Shown here: positions 59,667 to 64,000 of the stretch, piece by piece
Position numbering within the stretch: position 1 is the first letter of the stretch
How the letters are laid out: every line of letters begins with the position of its first letter
From: Octopus vulgaris
Lineage: Eukaryota
Assembly (NCBI GenBank): GCA_951406725.2
Contig: OX597838.1
Span: forward strand, 8,246,001-8,310,000
DNA length: 64,000 bases
Direction of reading: 5' to 3'
The notes under the pieces: generated by a model
Told to the model about the DNA's origin: nothing
The model's input: the letters and a program-made list of their open reading frames with translations, nothing else
The model's database searches: none
Program-made: the position numbers and the translations under genes

Positions 59667-59714
59667 GTCTCTGATGAAGGGACATATAAAATATCCCGGA
59701 AACAGCTGTAAGAC
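59667..59714 (+). ncRNA. Minimal type-I hammerhead ribozyme, intact core
   Basis: gtct-CTGATGA-agggacatataaaatatcccg-GAAAC-agct-GTA-agac: stem I gtct/agac, stem II ggga/tccc, palindromic stem III acagctgt, GUA site. Confidence 0.8.
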
Positions 59715-59775
59715 CTCTTTATAAATGTTCTGAAAACTATTCAAAACCTTAGATTTTTTTTATCTCATTCTGTTA

Positions 59776-59859
<84 letters not shown>

Positions 59860-60006
59860 TTAGGATTTGGTTTGCAAGATTCTTTATGCGAGTTCGTGTG
59901 TTGAAGTATATTCTGTTGTGTATGGGGAAAGTCATTTTCATTTTGTGCCTTATAATATAACACACTTACTGGTAAAATCTCCAGTTTTTTTTCTTATTTT
60001 TATTTT

Positions 60007-60044
60007 CCTACATTTTTCGTTGCGTCTTGCAACCTTTTCAATAG
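60007..60044 (-). ncRNA. Hammerhead-like motif with U3-A8 core, degenerate stem III
   Basis: Minus strand cta-TTGAAAA-g-gttgc-aagac-gcaac-GAAA-aatgtagg. Confidence 0.45.
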
Positions 60045-60161
60045 TTTTGACTCTGCCCGTTATTTACACGGTAAATTCATATGTGTGTCTGTGTATGTGT
60101 GTGTGTGTGTGTGAGTCTCTGTGTGTGTGTGTGTGTATGTGTGTACGTGTGTGTGTGTATA

Positions 60162-60326
60162 CAGGCGCAGGAGTTGGTGTGTGGTAAGTATCTTGCTGAC
60201 CAACCACATGGTTCCGGGTTCATTCCCACTGCATGGCACCTTGGGCAAGTGTCTTCTACTATAGCCTCGGGCCGACCAAAGCCTTGTGAGTGGATCTGGT
60301 AGACGGAAAGTGCAAGAAGCCCATCG
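60162..60326 (+). mobile_element. SINE family A 5' half
   Basis: caggcgcaggag...ccttgggcaagtgtctt...agacggaaag. Confidence 0.88.
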
Positions 60327-60450
60327 TATATATGTATATGTATATAAGAATATGTATATATCCATATATACGTCTATGTATATTTGTAATTATATGTATA
60401 CATATATCCATGCATGTACATATGTGTATATACACATATACATATAGCCT

Positions 60451-60610
<160 letters not shown>

Positions 60611-61422
60611 TACACATATACATACATATACACGCATATATATGTATATATGTATGAGTATGTGAGCGAGTACGCATGCGTCTAGGCGTCCGGTTCTAAA
60701 GTCATTCAGTTACTACCACCATCACTACCACCACCATCTTCTTTTTCTTTTCCCTCCTACCATTACCACTCAGCTACTCTTGACCCAAATCTTGTCTGTG
60801 TGTCCCACCCCCGCTCCCATAATCGTCACCCTCCACCCTCTCCTCGCCCCCCATCCCAAATCCTTCCGATCGCCTGCAGCCGTATTATGACATGTTAGGT
60901 GAGAAAGGTTAATGACGCTGTCTGCACTGAAGGATCACGGGAAGGCCGTAATCCGTCACGTGTCAGTCAGCCTTACGCAAATGAACATGGCGGACTTTCG
61001 ACGGAAAACAGGGAGAGTGTGGGGAAACCAGAGCTGGTGGAGCATCCGTAATGGTTGTGCTGCCACCAATGATATCGCTGTTGCTATTGTTGTTGTTGGT
61101 GGTGTTGGTGTTGGTGGCGGCGGCGACGAGGGCGGTGGCGGTGGTAGTGAATAGGTGGTGTCATGGTGGTTGATGTTAATGATGGCTTAAAAGGAGGCAA
61201 AAACCATGTGCTGTTGAGGTGGTAGTTTCGGTCATTATTTTGAATGTATATCGTATAGGTAGAAGTAGTCATGGTGTTAGTAGTGGTGTGAAAGATGACA
61301 AGAACTAAGAGTCGTGAGGGAATGCATGATTCAGCTAGCGACTGTCGTTGCTTAGCGCCAGTCATCGACGATTCAGCACGATCACCATTTAAGATGTCCT
61401 TAATATAATATGTGTGTATGTA

Positions 61423-61852
61423 AAGGCGGCGAGCTGGTAGAAACGTTAGCACGCCGGGCGAAATGCCTAGCCGTATTTCGTCTGCCGTTACGTTCTGAGT
61501 TCAAATTTCGTCGAGATCGACTTTGCCTTTCATCCTTTCAGGGTCGATAAATTAAGTACCAGTTACGCACTGGGTCGATATAATCGAATTAATCCATTTG
61601 TCTGTCCTTGTTTGTCCCCTCTATGTTTAGCCCCTTGTGGGCAATAAAGAAATAAGAAATGTTATCACGCCGGGCGAAATGCTTAGCGGTATTTCGTCTG
61701 CCGTTACGTTCTGAGTTCAAATTCCGCCGAGGTCGACTTTGCCTTTCATCCTTTCGTGTTCGATAAATTAAATACCAGTTGCGTGCTTGAGTTGATCTAA
61801 TCGACTGGCACCCTCCCCCAAAATTCCCGGCCTTGTGCCTAGAGTAGAAAAG
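61423..61852 (+). mobile_element. Head-to-tail SINE B dimer (B1 then B2)
   Basis: Full B1 to about 61657, second copy starting gaaatgttatcacgccggg and ending gccttgtgcctagagtagaaaag. Confidence 0.9.
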
Positions 61853-62023
61853 TATATATAAGTTTCAAAATTTGGCACTAAGCCAGCAATTTCGTGGGCC
61901 GTGGGGCGGGTGAGCTGCTAGCCGATTACATCGAATGCTTTATGTGGTTAAATAAATATATTCACCTTTTATATCTCATCACGTTTTACGATATATGTGT
62001 GCGTGTGTGTGTGATATTCATGT

Positions 62024-62430
62024 AGTGGCTCTGTGGTAAGTAGCTTGCTAACCAGCCACATGGTTCCGGGTTCAGTCCCACTGCGTGGCATCTTGGGCAA
62101 GTGTCTTCTGCTATAGCCTCGGGCCGACCAATGCCTTGTGAGTGGATTTGGTAGACGGAAACTGAAAGAAGCCTGTCGTATATATGTATATATATATATG
62201 TGTGTGTGTGTATATGTTTGTGTGTGTCTGTGTTTGTCCCCCTAGCATTGCTTTACAACTGATGCTGGTGTGTTTACGTCCCCGTCACTTAGCGGTTCGG
62301 CAAAAGAACCGATAGAATAAGTACTGGGCTTACAAAGAATAAGTCCCGGGGTCGATTTGCTCGACTAAAGGCGGTGCTCCAGCATGGCCGCAGTCAAATG
62401 ACTGAAACAAGTAAAAGAGAGTAAAGAGTA
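62024..62430 (+). mobile_element. Full-length SINE family A (tRNA head, CORE-like domain, internal microsatellite, LINE-like tail)
   Basis: A box tggctctgtggt, B box ggttcagtccc, cttgggcaagtgtctt, tail ccagcatggccgcagtcaaatgactgaaacaagtaaaagag. Confidence 0.92.
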
Positions 62431-62701
62431 ATATATATCGCTGCTATGATGCAAAAAGGTTATAAGTCCAAAATTGTGTTTTTTTCAGAAAACGAAAAAG
62501 ATTATTTCACCATTCCATAGCAAAACTGTTGTACGACACTTTGACAATTTTCATATCTTGGCATCTGAAACAGCTGGAGATACGATAGTTTGAGCAAAAG
62601 AACCGACTATTGCAAGCAAAAATAAATATTGAAAACACCGCATTTGACCAAATTTGGACATACGACAGTTTAACGTAATAGCAAAGATATTATAAATATA
62701 T

Positions 62702-62882
62702 CAGTAATCCCGCGATAGGTGAAAATCCGCGAAGTGGAAACATTACTGTACTGTATTTTTTTTTTTTAATAATTTGTATATGTTTATTTTATCACAAATA
62801 CAAAAGAACAACACCGAGGAATTGACGTAAGCTTAAATAATAAACCGTGATAAGTGAATTGCTATATTCCGAGGGATTACTG
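62702..62882. mobile_element. pogo/Tigger-like MITE, second copy with internal deletion
   Basis: cagtaatccc ... gggattactg TIRs; body homologous to 17738-17967. Confidence 0.75.
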
Positions 62883-63011
62883 TGGCGTTCACGGTGACAT
62901 GGAGGATTTTGTGAAAGTCAGTCGTCGTAATTTTATTGTTACCCACTAGAATGGTGTTGAACAGACATATGGTTAAAGGCGTTCCACCCGTGATTATTCC
63001 TCCGTTTTATA

Positions 63012-63590
63012 TGAAGGGCGTTCAAAAAGTATCCGATTTTATTTTCTCCCGCTAAAACTAATGCCGTGTTGACAAAGTTCTTTGGACAAGAGGTCACACT
63101 AACCTTCCTGCACATGCGTGAAAATTTTCGTGCCTGTAGGTCGCGTTAGTTCCTGGCTGTTATAGGTGAGTAGGTCGCGCTCGTCGTGTTTTCGTTTTCA
63201 CGTAAGATGACCGGACGTATCAACCAGAAACATTGCATCAAGTTTTGCCAAAAGTCTGTTGATACCCAAACTCAAGCAAACTGGGACATTTAGCAGAACT
63301 TTGGGATGATGCCATGAGTAAAACTCAGATCAAGGAGTGGTACGACCGCTTCACACATGTTGCACCTCAGTGGAGAGCATAGGACACTGAGGCCCTCCAG
63401 GAGCCGAAACAGGGAGCCGATTGAGAAAGGTCGACAAATTGTCATGGAAGACCGTCGACTAAAGATCCAGGAAATTGCTTACAAAGTAGGAATGAGCACA
63501 GGTTCAGTGCTTTCCATTTTAATGGAGGATTTGTGCATGTGGAGAACGTCAGCAGAAAGATAAAGTCCGATACTTTTTGAACACAGCTTG
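63012..63590 (+). mobile_element. Internally deleted mariner with both TIRs and TA TSD
   Basis: TA|tgaagggcgttcaaaaagtatccgattttat ... ataaagtccgatactttttgaacacagcttg|TA; QKHCIKFCQK, MSKTQIKEWYDRF, RPSRSR...EDRRLKIQEIA. Confidence 0.85.
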
Positions 63591-63592
63591 TA

Positions 63593-63812
63593 ATCCAAGC
63601 TTTCCAGGTCAAGGACAACACACCTCTTGTTCAACAGGCTACCTGCTCTCCTGACTTGGCATTGTGGGACCTCTGGTCCTTCACCAAACTGAAACTACAC
63701 TGAAAGGGAAGCCAATTTGTGTTGCAAGAGGAAATTATAAGGAAAGCAACAGTGGAGCTCCATAGTATTCCAGAGAAGGCATTCCAGAGCTGTTACCAAC
63801 AGTGGCAGAACT
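63593..63812 (+). pseudogene. Mariner transposase C-terminal fragment
   Basis: CSPDLALWDLWSFTKLK (YSPDLAP.D motif), IPEKAFQSCYQQWQNCW. Confidence 0.85.
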
Positions 63813-64000
63813 GCTGGCAGAATCGTTAGCCCGCCGGGCGAGATGCTTAGCGGTATTTCGTCCGTCTTTCCGTTCTGAGTTCAAATTCCGCCGAGGTTGA
63901 CTTTACCTTTCATCCTTTCGGGGTCGATAAATTAAGTACCAGTTACGCACTGGGGTCGATCTATTCGACTTAGATCCTTTGTCTGTCCTTGTTTGTCCTC
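63813..64000 (+). mobile_element. SINE family B (B1 tail), runs off the window
   Basis: gctggcagaatcgttagc...catcctttcggggtcgataaattaagtaccag. Confidence 0.9.

Overview
Eukaryotic, gene-poor and extremely microsatellite-rich window, dominated by (TA)n, (CA)n, (TATG)n, (TAGA)n, (AAT)n, (GAA)n and (GAT)n. The composition and SINE repertoire look like an octopus (coleoid cephalopod) intron or intergenic region; this assignment is inference. No intact host gene is supportable, and nearly all listed ORFs are microsatellite artefacts. The non-microsatellite DNA is mostly mobile-element debris. There are four tRNA-derived SINE families (A to D), a 5'-truncated frameshifted CR1-type LINE RT, an internally deleted RTE LINE, a decayed Penelope GIY-YIG endonuclease, two rearranged mariners, MITEs and a non-autonomous Helitron. 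The main hidden signal is a dispersed set of type-I minimal hammerhead ribozyme (HHR) motifs from several unrelated families. They sit in short islands beside (TA)n tracts, as expected for Penelope-like element pseudo-LTR remnants, and include copies with a compensatory U3-A8 core and an unusually long stem II. Other notable items are two SINE/LINE tail partnerships (one with a covarying 3' hairpin), a SINE-unique-SINE block flanked by one 16-bp target-site duplication (TSD), a perfect 95-bp inverted repeat and a pre-miRNA-like hairpin. All calls were made by eye, and coordinates of degenerate elements are approximate.
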